This document shows positions 27,662-37,900 of a stretch of DNA of 64,000 bases, piece after piece. Under the pieces are notes generated by a model. It had not been told where the DNA came from and did no database searches. It saw only the letters and a list, made by a program, of their open reading frames with translations. A program made the position numbers and the translations under genes. This DNA comes from an uncultured Alphaproteobacteria bacterium (lineage in GTDB: Bacteria > Pseudomonadota > Alphaproteobacteria > HIMB59), in the NCBI GenBank assembly GCA_902583235.1, contig CACHVL010000002.1, positions 44,435 through 108,434 on the forward strand. Reading direction: 5' to 3'. The stretch's first letter is position 1; each line of letters begins with the position of its first letter.

Positions 27662-28779
27662 TTTATTCCCTTTAAAAAACCCTGTGCAACTTTGAAAAAT
27701 TGAGGTTCATCAAGTAAAAAGCTATCATGGCCTCTATCAGAGACAACCTCAGCAAAACTCACGTTAGATCCAATTGAATTTAATAGAGATACGATTTCTC
27801 TTGATTCTTTTGTTGGAAATAACCAATCACTTGTAAATGATAAAACTAGAAATCTAATTGAATTATTAATAATAGTTTTTTTATTTTCAATTATTTCATT
27901 TTTTACATCAAAATAATCCATAGCTCTTGTCATATACAAGTAGCTGTTGGCATCAAATCGATCTACAAAAGACCTACCTTGGTAACGAAGATAACTTTCA
28001 ACCTGAAAGTCTATTCCAAAGCCAAAAGATAAATCATTTTTTTCCTGTAAGTTTCTACCAAATTTATTTTGAAAAGCTTTTTCAGATAAATAGGTAATAT
28101 GAGCAATCATTCTGGCAACAGAAAGACCATTTTCAGGTTTTTCATTACCCTCTAAATATCTTCCATTTTGCCAATTCGGATCTAACATAATTGATTGTCT
28201 GCCAGCTTCATCAAAAGCTATATTTTGAGCAGAGTGTTTTAAGGAACCTGCAATGCTCATTATCGACCTTACACTCTCAGGATAAGTAGCAGCCCACTGA
28301 AGTACTTGCATCGCACCCATTGATCCACCAGCTACAGAAAGTAATTTAGATATTCCAAGTTCGTCAATAAGAATTTTTTGTGCCTTCACCATGTCTCGAA
28401 TAGTTATGGTTGGAAAATCTAAGCCATATATCTTTGAAGTTTCAGGATTTATGTCATTGGGACCTGTCGTCCCTACACATCCACCAAGAACATTTGTGCA
28501 GATAACAAAATATTTATTTGTGTCTATAGGTTTATTAGGACCAATCATTAATTCCCACCAACCTTTCTTTTTAGTAATAGGATTTTCTTCTGCTGGAAAT
28601 TGGTCACCAGTTAATGCATGACAAACCAAAATTGCATTATCTTTTTGATTGTTAAGGTCACCGTATGTTTGGTATGCGATTTGAAAGTCTTTAATTTTTT
28701 TTCCAGAGTCTAGTAATAGCTCTTCATTGCACTTTAGTAAGTATCCTGGATAATCAGTATTTGCAGTTATTTCTCTCAT
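27658..28779 (-). CDS. metX: Homoserine O-acetyl/succinyltransferase
   Basis: CHALTGD, GGSMGAM nucleophile, ARMIAHITY, RFDANSY, SDWLFP, GHDSFL. Confidence 0.95.
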   Translation of the reverse strand: MREITANTDYPGYLLKCNEELLLDSGKKIKDFQIAYQTYGDLNNQKDNAILVCHALTGDQFPAEENPITKKKGWWELMIGPNKPIDTNKYFVICTNVLGGCVGTTGPNDINPETSKIYGLDFPTITIRDMVKAQKILIDELGISKLLSVAGGSMGAMQVLQWAATYPESVRSIMSIAGSLKHSAQNIAFDEAGRQSIMLDPNWQNGRYLEGNEKPENGLSVARMIAHITYLSEKAFQNKFGRNLQEKNDLSFGFGIDFQVESYLRYQGRSFVDRFDANSYLYMTRAMDYFDVKNEIIENKKTIINNSIRFLVLSFTSDWLFPTKESREIVSLLNSIGSNVSFAEVVSDRGHDSFLLDEPQFFKVAQGFLKGIK

Positions 28780-28813
28780 TTTTAACCTTGTTCGACTGAT
28801 AACTGCGGTGATA

Positions 28814-28858
28814 CGCTTTAGCTGTTTTACACCCGCAAGCTGCTATCAAATCGGTGAA
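28814..28858 (-). ncRNA. SAM-II riboswitch aptamer
   Basis: Minus strand CACC-GATTTGA...TTGC-G-GGTG-TAAAACA-GCTAAAG matches the SAM-II pattern; lies in the metX 5' UTR. Confidence 0.85.
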
Positions 28859-28942
28859 AGTGGAATTTAAGGCTTTTCTAAATAATTTTCAATATAAAAT
28901 GATGATATTTTCTTTATATAGTTTATTTATTAACAAAAAATA

Positions 28943-29998
28943 ATGAAAAACAACCAACCAAAAAATGCATATAAAGGTGGAGCTGAGGTGTTTAAAGGCT
29001 ATGTAAGGCTTTCATCAAACGAAAACAATTATGGTCCAGCAAAGTCTGTTAAATCATTAATAAAACAAAATATTAAATTTTCTAATATTTATCCAGAACT
29101 TGATGGGGAAAGCTTACGAAATCAAATTGCTAAATCTTACAAGATAAATAGCAAACAAATTATATTAGGTGCTGGTTCAGATGAAGTACTGCAAATGATA
29201 TATGCAGCTTTTTCCAGACCAAATGATGAGGTTATCTTTACTAAGTATGCTTTTGCTATGTATTCAATTTATGCAAAGAATTTTAAATGCAAAGCTAAAA
29301 CATTTGATGATAAAGAATTTCAGTTTAAATTAGAAAGTCTTAATAAAATAGTAAGTCAAAAAACAAAAATTATTTTTTTAGCTAACCCAAATAACCCTAC
29401 TGGTTCTATTTTTTACAAAAATGAATTAATTAAATTTTTAAATAAAATCAAGAAAACAACTCTAGTAGTATTGGATGCAGCATATTGTGAATACATTAAA
29501 GATCATAAATATGATGATGGGATGAAATTAGTTAAAAATTACTCAAATTTAATAATAACAAGATCTTTTTCAAAAATCTTTGCTCTTGGAGGCTTAAGAA
29601 TAGGTTGGGGTTACGCTAATTCAAAAATTATCTCTCGATTATATCAATACAAAAAGCCATTTAATGTATCAAGACTTTCTTGTATCGCTGCTCAAGAATC
29701 TTTAAAAAATAAAAAGTGGATTAATGAGTCAATTAAGAATAATTCTGTTAACAAAACTTTAACCTGTAAGCAGTTAAATAATAAATCTTTTGAAATAATT
29801 GACACTAAGGCTAATTTTATTCTTTTAAAGTTTAAAAATTCAATAATAACTCAACAATTTGTGGACTTTTTACACTTAAATAAAATTACAGTGAGATCTT
29901 TATCCTCATACGGTTTAAATAACTTTGTAAGAATGACCATAGGAACTAAAACTGATATGAAAAAAGCTATTTTAGTTGCAAATAAATTTAATGTTTAA
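28943..29998 (+). CDS. hisC: Histidinol-phosphate aminotransferase
   Basis: LSSNEN, GAGSDE, ANPNNPTG, DAAY, RSFSKIFALGGLRIGWG. Confidence 0.92.
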   Translation: MKNNQPKNAYKGGAEVFKGYVRLSSNENNYGPAKSVKSLIKQNIKFSNIYPELDGESLRNQIAKSYKINSKQIILGAGSDEVLQMIYAAFSRPNDEVIFTKYAFAMYSIYAKNFKCKAKTFDDKEFQFKLESLNKIVSQKTKIIFLANPNNPTGSIFYKNELIKFLNKIKKTTLVVLDAAYCEYIKDHKYDDGMKLVKNYSNLIITRSFSKIFALGGLRIGWGYANSKIISRLYQYKKPFNVSRLSCIAAQESLKNKKWINESIKNNSVNKTLTCKQLNNKSFEIIDTKANFILLKFKNSIITQQFVDFLHLNKITVRSLSSYGLNNFVRMTIGTKTDMKKAILVANKFNV

Positions 29999-30887
29999 AA
30001 ATATTCTTATTATTGGTTTTGGGATGATTGGATCTTCAATAGCAAGAACTGTACTTAAAAAAAATAAAAGTATTAAAATATTTGCTTTTGATAAATCACC
30101 AAACCTAAAAATTAGAATTAATAAATCAAAACTAAAAAGAGTAAAAGTTTTGAAATCACTCAATGAGATTAAAGATCAAAATATTGATTTTATTATTATT
30201 TGTACTCCAATGCTTCAATATCAATCAATTTTCAAAAAACTTAATGATATTGATCTTCAGCAGACTATTGTTACTGATGTAGGATCAACAAAGGTAAATA
30301 TTGAAAAAATATACATACAAAAAAAATATCAGTTTAATTTTATTCCATCACACCCAATAGCGGGTATAGAAAAAGCTGGTTTAGAAAATGGATTTGATGG
30401 ATTATTTACTAATAGATACAATATTATTTGCCCAATAAATAAATCTTCAAAAATACATATTAATAAAGTTATAAAGTTTTGGAGATCACTAAATATGAAA
30501 ACTGAAATAATGTCTGCTAAAGAACATGACAAAGTACTTAGTTTAACTTCACATTTGCCACATTTAATCTCCTATTCATTGGTTTTGACTGCTATGAAAA
30601 AGGAAACTTCACTTAATTCAAAATTGGTTAAATTTTCTGCTGGAGGATTTAGAGATTTTACCAGAGTTGCAGGTAGCGATCCAGAGATGTGGAGAGATAT
30701 ATTTTTAGCTAATAGTTCTCAAATTCAAAAATTAACTAGTAACTTTATAAGTGAGTTAAAAGAATTTTCTAGAAACTTAAATAAAAGCAAATCTAATAAT
30801 TTATTATCTAAATTAAAAAAGACTAAAAATGTCAGAGATAAAATCGTTAAGGCAAGACAGGCGGGAAAATTTATTCCTAATGATTAA
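29991..30887 (+). CDS. tyrA: Prephenate/arogenate (cyclohexadienyl) dehydrogenase
   Basis: IIGFGMIGSS, TDVGSTK, HPIAG, HD...SHLPH, GGFRDFTRVAGSDPEMWRDIF. Confidence 0.92.
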   Translation: MFKNILIIGFGMIGSSIARTVLKKNKSIKIFAFDKSPNLKIRINKSKLKRVKVLKSLNEIKDQNIDFIIICTPMLQYQSIFKKLNDIDLQQTIVTDVGSTKVNIEKIYIQKKYQFNFIPSHPIAGIEKAGLENGFDGLFTNRYNIICPINKSSKIHINKVIKFWRSLNMKTEIMSAKEHDKVLSLTSHLPHLISYSLVLTAMKKETSLNSKLVKFSAGGFRDFTRVAGSDPEMWRDIFLANSSQIQKLTSNFISELKEFSRNLNKSKSNNLLSKLKKTKNVRDKIVKARQAGKFIPND

Positions 30888-31548
30888 GGCTGTTAATTTC
30901 AGATTTAAGCTTTTTTAAAAAATCCTGCTTACTCAATCCTGGAGGTATAGCTTCTTTAAACTCTACCTTTATTGTACCTTTGTTAACGTTATTACTTTTA
31001 GGCCAATATTTGCCAGAATTTAAAGATATAGGAATTACTGGTTTGTTTAATGATTTATACATAGAGTAAATGCCAGGCTTCAGATCTGGTTGATCTTTAA
31101 AGGTTGTTCTTGTTCCTTCAGGAAAAATTATTACAGGCCTATGATCTAAATACTCAGCTGTCTGCTGATTTACATGACGAAGACTTTGTATTCCCTGTGC
31201 TCTATCAATAGCTATCATTCCTAATTTTTTTAGATATGTTCCAAACAAAGGAATATTCAATAATTCTTTTTTTAAAATATACGCAGGATTATAAAAAAGT
31301 TCATTAAAGTATATTGTTTCAAATACTGACTGATGTTTACTCGCATATAGACATCCTTTTTTGTATGCAAATTCAGCATTAACAACTTCTATATTTATTT
31401 TGAATAATCTTAAAACTGCAGTCATGCTCCTTGTAAATAAAAGTACAAAAAATCTAAACTTAAAATATTTGAAAGGAAGACCAATTAAAGAAATTATTAA
31501 TACAACTGCTGAGGTCAAATAAAATATTAATAAAAAACTAAATTTCAT
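30877..31548 (-). CDS. plsC: 1-acyl-sn-glycerol-3-phosphate acyltransferase
   Basis: SKHQS, LKKEL, IDR, IFPEGTR. Confidence 0.85.
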   Translation of the reverse strand: MKFSFLLIFYLTSAVVLIISLIGLPFKYFKFRFFVLLFTRSMTAVLRLFKINIEVVNAEFAYKKGCLYASKHQSVFETIYFNELFYNPAYILKKELLNIPLFGTYLKKLGMIAIDRAQGIQSLRHVNQQTAEYLDHRPVIIFPEGTRTTFKDQPDLKPGIYSMYKSLNKPVIPISLNSGKYWPKSNNVNKGTIKVEFKEAIPPGLSKQDFLKKLKSEINSLNH

Positions 31549-32104
31549 ATTTTTTTATAAAAACTAATTTTGAGACAATCAATTTAATATACTCCTCTAC
31601 TAACTTTTCAAATGGGATAACAGACTCTGTATTACTAACTGCAAAAGGTATAATTTTTAAACCTGATAACTGATTAAATAAAAATTCAGCACGTTGCATA
31701 TGTAAGTCTGAAGTAATTAATAAAATCGAATTTATTTTTTTTTCTAAGGCCCAGTATCTTGTTTCCAAGGCATTTTCATATGTATTTTTTGATAAATAAC
31801 CAACTTCAATACAACATTCAACAGTACTCTTATCAAAATTAAGAATATTAACTAATACCACTTCTGAATTAAATGTATTATCAACTCCAGAAATAAATAA
31901 CTTATTTTGATTAGATTTTTCAATTTGGTTATACCCTTCGATTATTCTCTCACCTTTACCACCAGTTAAAACAACGATTGCATCAACATTAAAATTATTT
32001 ACCTGCTCATAAGATAAATTATTTTTAAATTTGATTATACCAAGAGCTAAAAATAATAAAATTAGAGCGATTATAATATTTAAACGCTTTAGGAGAGTTA
32101 TCAT
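31538..32104 (-). CDS. YdcF/DUF218 family protein
   Basis: AIVVLTGG, LFISG, NTYENA, LITSDLHMQRA. Confidence 0.85.
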   Translation of the reverse strand: MITLLKRLNIIIALILLFLALGIIKFKNNLSYEQVNNFNVDAIVVLTGGKGERIIEGYNQIEKSNQNKLFISGVDNTFNSEVVLVNILNFDKSTVECCIEVGYLSKNTYENALETRYWALEKKINSILLITSDLHMQRAEFLFNQLSGLKIIPFAVSNTESVIPFEKLVEEYIKLIVSKLVFIKKYEI

Positions 32105-33294
32105 TACATGATCTCATTTTTACATAAGTCCTCTAAGGTATCTCGAGATCGTATCACTCGATATTCATCTTTGTTATATAATACTTCGAGAGGTCGAGGA
32201 CGACTATTATAAGTTGATGACATAGAGGATCCATAGGCACCCACATTCATAAATATTATGTTATCTCCAGCTTTGATCTCTGGTAATTCAATATCTTTCA
32301 CAAAATAATCTGTAGACTCACAAATTCCACCAGCAATATCATAGATAACAGGTTTTTTTGAACTATTTGCAACTCTTATTGGCGGATTGATATCATACAA
32401 AGCTGGGCGAATATATTCAGAAAAAGAGCAATCAACAATGGCTATTTTTTTTTTACCACTTTCTTTTATATATAAAACTTTACTTATAAGTTCACAGCTA
32501 TCTGCAACTATAAATCGACCGGGTTCAAAAATAATATTAAAATTTTTGCCTTCAAGTATTTTATTACAACTATCTTTCCAACTTTCAAAGTTTATTTTTT
32601 TATCAGAGTGATCAAGAACTGCAAACCCCCCTCCAAAATCTAATGTATCAATACTTATATTGTGCTTAAGATTTTGCTCATCTGCAATTCTTATTAAATT
32701 TTCATATGAACCCAGTAACTTTTGATAATCAGTAATTTGACTTCCAATATGCACAGAAAGCGTTTTTAAATTTATTCCCTTAAAATTTGAAATTGCATCA
32801 AAGTCAATTTGATCAATTGAAATACCAAATTTGCCACCCGATAAGCCAGTGGTTATTTTATCCAATGTAGATCCATCTATATTAGGGTTTATTCTAATGC
32901 CTATATTTGTTCTTAATCCTTTAGTTAAAGAGTAATCGTTTATAAATTTAATCTCCTCTAAATTTTCAACATTGATAGAATTAATTTTTTGAGTAATGGC
33001 ATACTTTAAATCAAATTCAGTCTTTCCCGGTCCGTCAAATATGATGTCAGAGGGTTCGAATCCAGCTTTCAAGGACTTAAAAAGTTCTCCTGCAGATACG
33101 ACTTCTGCACCGAAACCACTTCGGTGAATTAGGTTTAAAATTGCAAGGTTTGGATTAGCTTTTACTGCGAAATTAAACTTTCTTTGGAATTGTAAGTCTA
33201 AATTGTTTAGGAAAATTATTTTATCTTTAATTTTTTCTTCATCATAAAGGTAAAAAGGACTAGAGCACTCTTTTAAAATTTTATCTATCATCAT
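32104..33294 (-). CDS. lysA: Diaminopimelate decarboxylase
   Basis: FAVKAN, HIGSQ, DFGGG, EPGR, RPALY, ICESTD, GAYG, YNSRP. Confidence 0.95.
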   Translation of the reverse strand: MMIDKILKECSSPFYLYDEEKIKDKIIFLNNLDLQFQRKFNFAVKANPNLAILNLIHRSGFGAEVVSAGELFKSLKAGFEPSDIIFDGPGKTEFDLKYAITQKINSINVENLEEIKFINDYSLTKGLRTNIGIRINPNIDGSTLDKITTGLSGGKFGISIDQIDFDAISNFKGINLKTLSVHIGSQITDYQKLLGSYENLIRIADEQNLKHNISIDTLDFGGGFAVLDHSDKKINFESWKDSCNKILEGKNFNIIFEPGRFIVADSCELISKVLYIKESGKKKIAIVDCSFSEYIRPALYDINPPIRVANSSKKPVIYDIAGGICESTDYFVKDIELPEIKAGDNIIFMNVGAYGSSMSSTYNSRPRPLEVLYNKDEYRVIRSRDTLEDLCKNEIM

Positions 33295-33440
33295 TCGCTC
33301 TCAGGGTACTCATATTCCTCACTAGGTGGAAATGGATACTGTGACTTATCTACAACACCTTCTGGTAATTTATTAGGTTTTTGATTACCACAGCTATTAA
33401 TAAATAAAGAAAAAAGAATTATTGATAAAAACTTAATCAT
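33291..33440 (-). CDS. Small lipoprotein (LptM/LppL-like), missed by ORF track
   Basis: 49 aa, MIKFLSIILFSLFINSCGNQKPNKLP...; lipobox INS-C; ATGA-coupled to argH and lysA. Confidence 0.7.
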   Translation of the reverse strand: MIKFLSIILFSLFINSCGNQKPNKLPEGVVDKSQYPFPPSEEYEYPESE

Positions 33441-34828
33441 TTTACGTTTAGAAATTTTAAATATTTTTTAATCATTCTAGACACTTCTTTTGGATTAGTG
33501 CTCATCGATGTTTTTTTTCTTGAAAGACTCTTATCTACATCGACGTATTTATAAATATTTTTATCAATTACTTTTTGAAATTTTTGATATTCGTCAATCT
33601 TTATTTCTGAAAGGTTTTTATTATGTTGCTGAGCATAGCTTACTATGTCAGCGATTATTTTATAAGAGTCTCTAAATGTTATTTTTTTTTCTATTACAAG
33701 ATAATCAGCCAAATCGGTAGCAGTAGCATAATAATTATTATTAATGTCTCTTCCAACTGATTGTTCAAAATTAGATTTCTTAATAACATCTTGCATAACT
33801 TTGAGACAGCTTAACAATTCATCATAACAATCAAATATGATTCTTTTATCCTCTTGAAAATCTTTAAAATAAGTTAAGGGAAGATTTGATATAATATTAG
33901 AAAACTCTAAAGATTTAATTCTAATTGTATTTGTTTTGGCTCGAATCAGTTCCAATGAGTCTGGATTTCTTTTTTGAGGCATAATCGAACTTCCTGTTGA
34001 GTATTGATTGCTGATATTGAATAATTTCATAAAGTTACTAGACCAGATAACTAGTTCTGAAGATAATTTACTTAAATGTGTCGCTGTCAAAGAACTTGCA
34101 TGAAGAAAATACAAACAAAAATCTCGATCACTGACACCATCCATTGAATTATTTTTTGATTTTGTAAAATTTAAATTTCTGTTAAGAAGATTTAAATCCA
34201 AATTATAATTACTACCAGCTAGAGCAGCACTACCTAAAACATTTTCATCTGTTTTTTCTATACAAAAATCAAAATAATCTAAATCTCTTTTAAACATCTC
34301 TAAATATGCAATTAAGTGATGGGCTAAAGATATAGGTTGTGCTACTTGCAAATGTGTAAATCCTGGAATTATGTTTTTTTCATTTGTTTGAGCTTGATCT
34401 AATAAAGATTTCATCAATTTTTTAATTTCATCTTTTAAATTTTTAGAAGCTTTTATTGTCCATAATCTAGTATCAGTCGCTACTTGATCGTTACGAGACC
34501 TTCCAGTATGTATCTTATTTGCTACCCCACCAATTTTTTCGTAAAGAAAAGACTCCACATTCATATGAATATCTTCGTTTTTTTTTGAAAATTTTAATTT
34601 ACCTTTTTTATGATCATTCAATATTGAAATCAGACCTTTTTGAATTGTAAGAGCTTCTTTTTTTGAAATTATTTTCAGCTTTGTCAGAGCTTTAACATGT
34701 GCACTGGTTACGGCAATATCCTCTTCAATTAATCTTTTATCAATATCAATTGAACTATTAAAATCATCCATTAACGTCGAGGTATTCTTATTAATTGTAG
34801 TTGATAATATTTTACTTTTCTTATTCAT
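33437..34828 (-). CDS. argH: Argininosuccinate lyase
   Basis: EDIH, HTGRSRNDQ, PGFTHLQ, TGSSIMPQKRNPD. Confidence 0.95.
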   Translation of the reverse strand: MNKKSKILSTTINKNTSTLMDDFNSSIDIDKRLIEEDIAVTSAHVKALTKLKIISKKEALTIQKGLISILNDHKKGKLKFSKKNEDIHMNVESFLYEKIGGVANKIHTGRSRNDQVATDTRLWTIKASKNLKDEIKKLMKSLLDQAQTNEKNIIPGFTHLQVAQPISLAHHLIAYLEMFKRDLDYFDFCIEKTDENVLGSAALAGSNYNLDLNLLNRNLNFTKSKNNSMDGVSDRDFCLYFLHASSLTATHLSKLSSELVIWSSNFMKLFNISNQYSTGSSIMPQKRNPDSLELIRAKTNTIRIKSLEFSNIISNLPLTYFKDFQEDKRIIFDCYDELLSCLKVMQDVIKKSNFEQSVGRDINNNYYATATDLADYLVIEKKITFRDSYKIIADIVSYAQQHNKNLSEIKIDEYQKFQKVIDKNIYKYVDVDKSLSRKKTSMSTNPKEVSRMIKKYLKFLNVK

Positions 34829-34846
34829 GATTTTAGTAATTTTTAA

Positions 34847-35047
34847 TTATCTTGATAAATATATTATCGCAGCGAATACTAAAACAGCTATACCTTGAAA
34901 CAATACTCTCATTCTCATAAGCTTGTTACTATGTTTTTTATTAAAATTTCCGTTTTTGGCCATAGCTATTACACCTATTACCACCATGAGTAAGGCTAAA
35001 ACCATGGATACAACTAAAACAAAAGGTAATACTGTTGATGAAAACAT
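34847..35047 (-). CDS. HIG1-domain twin-TM small protein
   Basis: SNKLMRMRVLFQ motif. Confidence 0.85.
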   Translation of the reverse strand: MFSSTVLPFVLVVSMVLALLMVVIGVIAMAKNGNFNKKHSNKLMRMRVLFQGIAVLVFAAIIYLSR

Positions 35048-35104
35048 GGTAAATAGTTATCAAATTATCTATAAATGTCTAATTATTAAATTTAAGAGAT
35101 TAAT

Positions 35105-35707
35105 ATGAAGAAAATTGTATTATTTTTACATGGTTATGGGTCTAATGGAAATGACCTAATATCGTTAAAAGACTATATATTATTGAATAAAGAGACCACA
35201 GAATTCATCTCTCCCAATGCTCCTGAACCTTGTGAATTCAATTATTTTGGTTATCAGTGGTTTCCTTTAAAAGAGCGGTCTATAGAAGAATTAAAGATAG
35301 GGTTAAAATCTGCTTTCTCTCATCTCGACTCAATTATTGAGAAAATAATTCTTGATCATTCAGTCGATGCATCACAAATTTCTTTAATTGGTTTTTCTCA
35401 AGGTTCTATGCTAGCAATGTATTATGCTTTACAAAAAAATTTAAATTTTCATAGTATTATCTCATTATCTGGTTCCTTGCCTAAAGAAATCTTAAACGAT
35501 CTAAAAATACCTGATGTAAAATCGAGTTTTTTAATTTTCCATGGAAAGTTGGATGACGTCGTACCATATAATCGAGCGGTTGAGACAAATTCGTTTTTGG
35601 ATTTAAAAAAAATCTCATGTAAAATAATACTAGATGATAACTGTGCTCATTCAATTAGCCCAATCGCCCTTGATGAAATTAATAAATTTTACAAGCATTG
35701 GATTTAA
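35105..35707 (+). CDS. Phospholipase/carboxylesterase (alpha/beta hydrolase)
   Basis: LHGYG, GFSQG, HG..D.VVP, AHSI. Confidence 0.88.
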   Translation: MKKIVLFLHGYGSNGNDLISLKDYILLNKETTEFISPNAPEPCEFNYFGYQWFPLKERSIEELKIGLKSAFSHLDSIIEKIILDHSVDASQISLIGFSQGSMLAMYYALQKNLNFHSIISLSGSLPKEILNDLKIPDVKSSFLIFHGKLDDVVPYNRAVETNSFLDLKKISCKIILDDNCAHSISPIALDEINKFYKHWI

Positions 35708-35752
35708 TAAAATTTTAACCAATCCTTCAATTGAATATGCTAGTATTAAAAG

Positions 35753-36313
35753 ATGATTAGCTCGAATCATTGTCCCTCTTTAGTTTTAAATGCAGATTAC
35801 CGACCTCTCAGTTATTTTCCTTTATCTATTTGGAGTTGGAAAGATACTGTTAAAGCCGTTTTTCTTGAAAGAGTTAATATAGTAGAAGAATATGATCAAA
35901 AAGTGTCATCTCCATCATTTGAGATAAAGTTACCAAGCATTATCGCTCTTAAGGATTACATACCACATAGTCACAAACCTGCTTTTACGAGATTCAATGT
36001 TTTCTTAAGAGATGATTTTACCTGTCAATATTGCAATGACAAATTTTCAACTAGAGAGCTTACTTTTGATCATTTAATTCCTCGTTCAAAAGGGGGATTA
36101 ACAAACTGGGAAAATGTTGTCACTGCATGTTCAAAATGTAATTGGACTAAAGGTAGTAGGAGCTTAAGCCAAGTAGGTTTTAATTTGCTTAGAAAACCAA
36201 AAGAACCCTCTCAATATTCTCTAAGATTAAAGAGCAAAAATTTTCCCTCAGACTATCTTCATTCAAGTTGGAGAGATTATTTATATTGGGATAGTGTTTT
36301 AGAGAAAGATTAA
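35753..36313 (+). CDS. HNH endonuclease (conserved alphaproteobacterial McrA-like type)
   Basis: LVLNADY.PL, FTRFNVFLRD, CQYC, DHLIPRS.GG, WENVVTAC..CN..KG. Confidence 0.9.
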   Translation: MISSNHCPSLVLNADYRPLSYFPLSIWSWKDTVKAVFLERVNIVEEYDQKVSSPSFEIKLPSIIALKDYIPHSHKPAFTRFNVFLRDDFTCQYCNDKFSTRELTFDHLIPRSKGGLTNWENVVTACSKCNWTKGSRSLSQVGFNLLRKPKEPSQYSLRLKSKNFPSDYLHSSWRDYLYWDSVLEKD

Positions 36314-36867
36314 TATTTTTTAGTTATTTTTATAGCTGTATAACAGAGTTGTTTTATAGTTTTTGATAAAAGAATGTATCCAGTTGTCATTTCTGCTTGA
36401 TGTTCAACACCAGTATCATGATGTTCCAGCTCATCTTCTCTGAATTTTTTAACAGTCTTCAATAAATCTGGTTTTATTTTTCTTTGAGAGAGTTCCTTTG
36501 CTTGCTCATCATAATGTTGACCAATAACCTCTTCGACAGCAACTGTGCATGCCATTGCTGCTTTTTTTCCCATCAAAGCAGTACCTAACCCAAGTGCATA
36601 GCCAGCTAAATTCCAAAATGGAAATAAGGCAGTAGGTTTTACGTTTTCTTTAACAATGTATTCATCAAAAGTTGCTTTATGAATCTCTTCTTGATCGGCC
36701 ATTTCTCTGATCTCTTTGCCAAACTCTGTGTTTTCTTTAAAGACAGCTAATTGACCGCGGTAAATTTGTGTAGCGCCATGCTCACCTGCATGATCAACTC
36801 TTATAATTTCTTCGATTAATTTTTTGTCCTCGTTATTAAGAGTTTTATTTTTCTTTTTTGTAGGCAT
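36310..36867 (-). CDS. coq7: Demethoxyubiquinone hydroxylase (di-iron)
   Basis: RVDHAGE, IY.GQ, E..H, MACTVAVE..I..HY, DELEH. Confidence 0.93.
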   Translation of the reverse strand: MPTKKKNKTLNNEDKKLIEEIIRVDHAGEHGATQIYRGQLAVFKENTEFGKEIREMADQEEIHKATFDEYIVKENVKPTALFPFWNLAGYALGLGTALMGKKAAMACTVAVEEVIGQHYDEQAKELSQRKIKPDLLKTVKKFREDELEHHDTGVEHQAEMTTGYILLSKTIKQLCYTAIKITKKY

Positions 36868-37315
36868 TGAAAATAATTAATATCAGAAAAGTTATTGAAA
36901 ACAAGAAGTTATAAACTGATAAAGGAATACCAAAGTAGGGCAAATTGGCATCAGAACAAGAAGTAATTAGAGAGTTAGACATCAACTCCTCTTTTAATTT
37001 GTTTATATCTGTGGGAAGTGAGGCGGCTTCACATCCAGTATATTCGATAACTCCAAATGTAGTCAAAGAGTGATAACCAGATATTGCCAATTCAAAAAAT
37101 ATTAAAACTATTAAAGACAAATATACAAATTTGAAATATTTTTTAATGAAAAAGTAGAATATTCCCAAAACTAAAATTAAATAGTATGGAATTCTCTGAT
37201 ATACACACAATTTACAAGGGTTTTGACCATAAGCATATTGCAATATAAACGCAAAAGATATGGCTGTAAGTGAAAATAAAAAAACAATAATAAAAATATG
37301 AGTTTTTTTAATCAT
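36845..37315 (-). CDS. DsbB-family disulfide bond formation protein
   Basis: PCKLCVYQR, second Cys pair, four TM segments. Confidence 0.85.
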   Translation of the reverse strand: MIKKTHIFIIVFLFSLTAISFAFILQYAYGQNPCKLCVYQRIPYYLILVLGIFYFFIKKYFKFVYLSLIVLIFFELAISGYHSLTTFGVIEYTGCEAASLPTDINKLKEELMSNSLITSCSDANLPYFGIPLSVYNFLFSITFLILIIFNAYKKEK

Positions 37316-37877
37316 GGTAAAATAATAAATAAATTAGAAAGACAATTCCAATAGGAATTAGAACAAAAATTAATAATTTATTTCTTTTTAAAATTTGTAT
37401 TCCTGTATCTCCAAACTGTTTAATAATAAAAGCTATAATAAAAAATCTTAAACCTCTAGATAGCACCGAAAGAAATATAAAATAGATAAAATTAAACTGA
37501 GAGTAACCACTTGTTAAAGCAATAATTTTATATGGTATTGGAGTGAAGCCTCCAAGAAAAACTGCGAAAATACCCCAATCATTATAAAAATTAATAAATT
37601 CAGTTTGTTTGCTCATATCAAAATAAGATTGGACAGCGTCAAAAATGAAATACCCAATAAAGTATCCGAAAGCACCCCCAATTACAGAAAAAATTGTGCA
37701 ATTCAAAGCTGTTACTAAAAATTTATTTGGATTGAAATAAACGATTGGTATCAATATCAAATCTGGTGGTATTGGAAAAAAAATACTTTCAATGAATGCA
37801 ACTATTGATAAAAAATATTGTGAAAATTTTGATTTAGATTTTTTTTTAACATATATATGTAAGTTCTTCCAAATCAT
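37308..37877 (-). CDS. YqaA/DedA (VTT domain) membrane protein
   Basis: FIESIFFPIPPD, FTPIPYK, RGLRF. Confidence 0.85.
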   Translation of the reverse strand: MIWKNLHIYVKKKSKSKFSQYFLSIVAFIESIFFPIPPDLILIPIVYFNPNKFLVTALNCTIFSVIGGAFGYFIGYFIFDAVQSYFDMSKQTEFINFYNDWGIFAVFLGGFTPIPYKIIALTSGYSQFNFIYFIFLSVLSRGLRFFIIAFIIKQFGDTGIQILKRNKLLIFVLIPIGIVFLIYLLFYHD

Positions 37878-37900
37878 AACGAATTTATAAATAAATAGGT

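Noticed and set aside
35753-36313. HNH nuclease as a mobile or defence element
   Set aside because: It resembles the conserved stand-alone alphaproteobacterial type and sits among core genes, with no intron, repeats, methylase or array nearby
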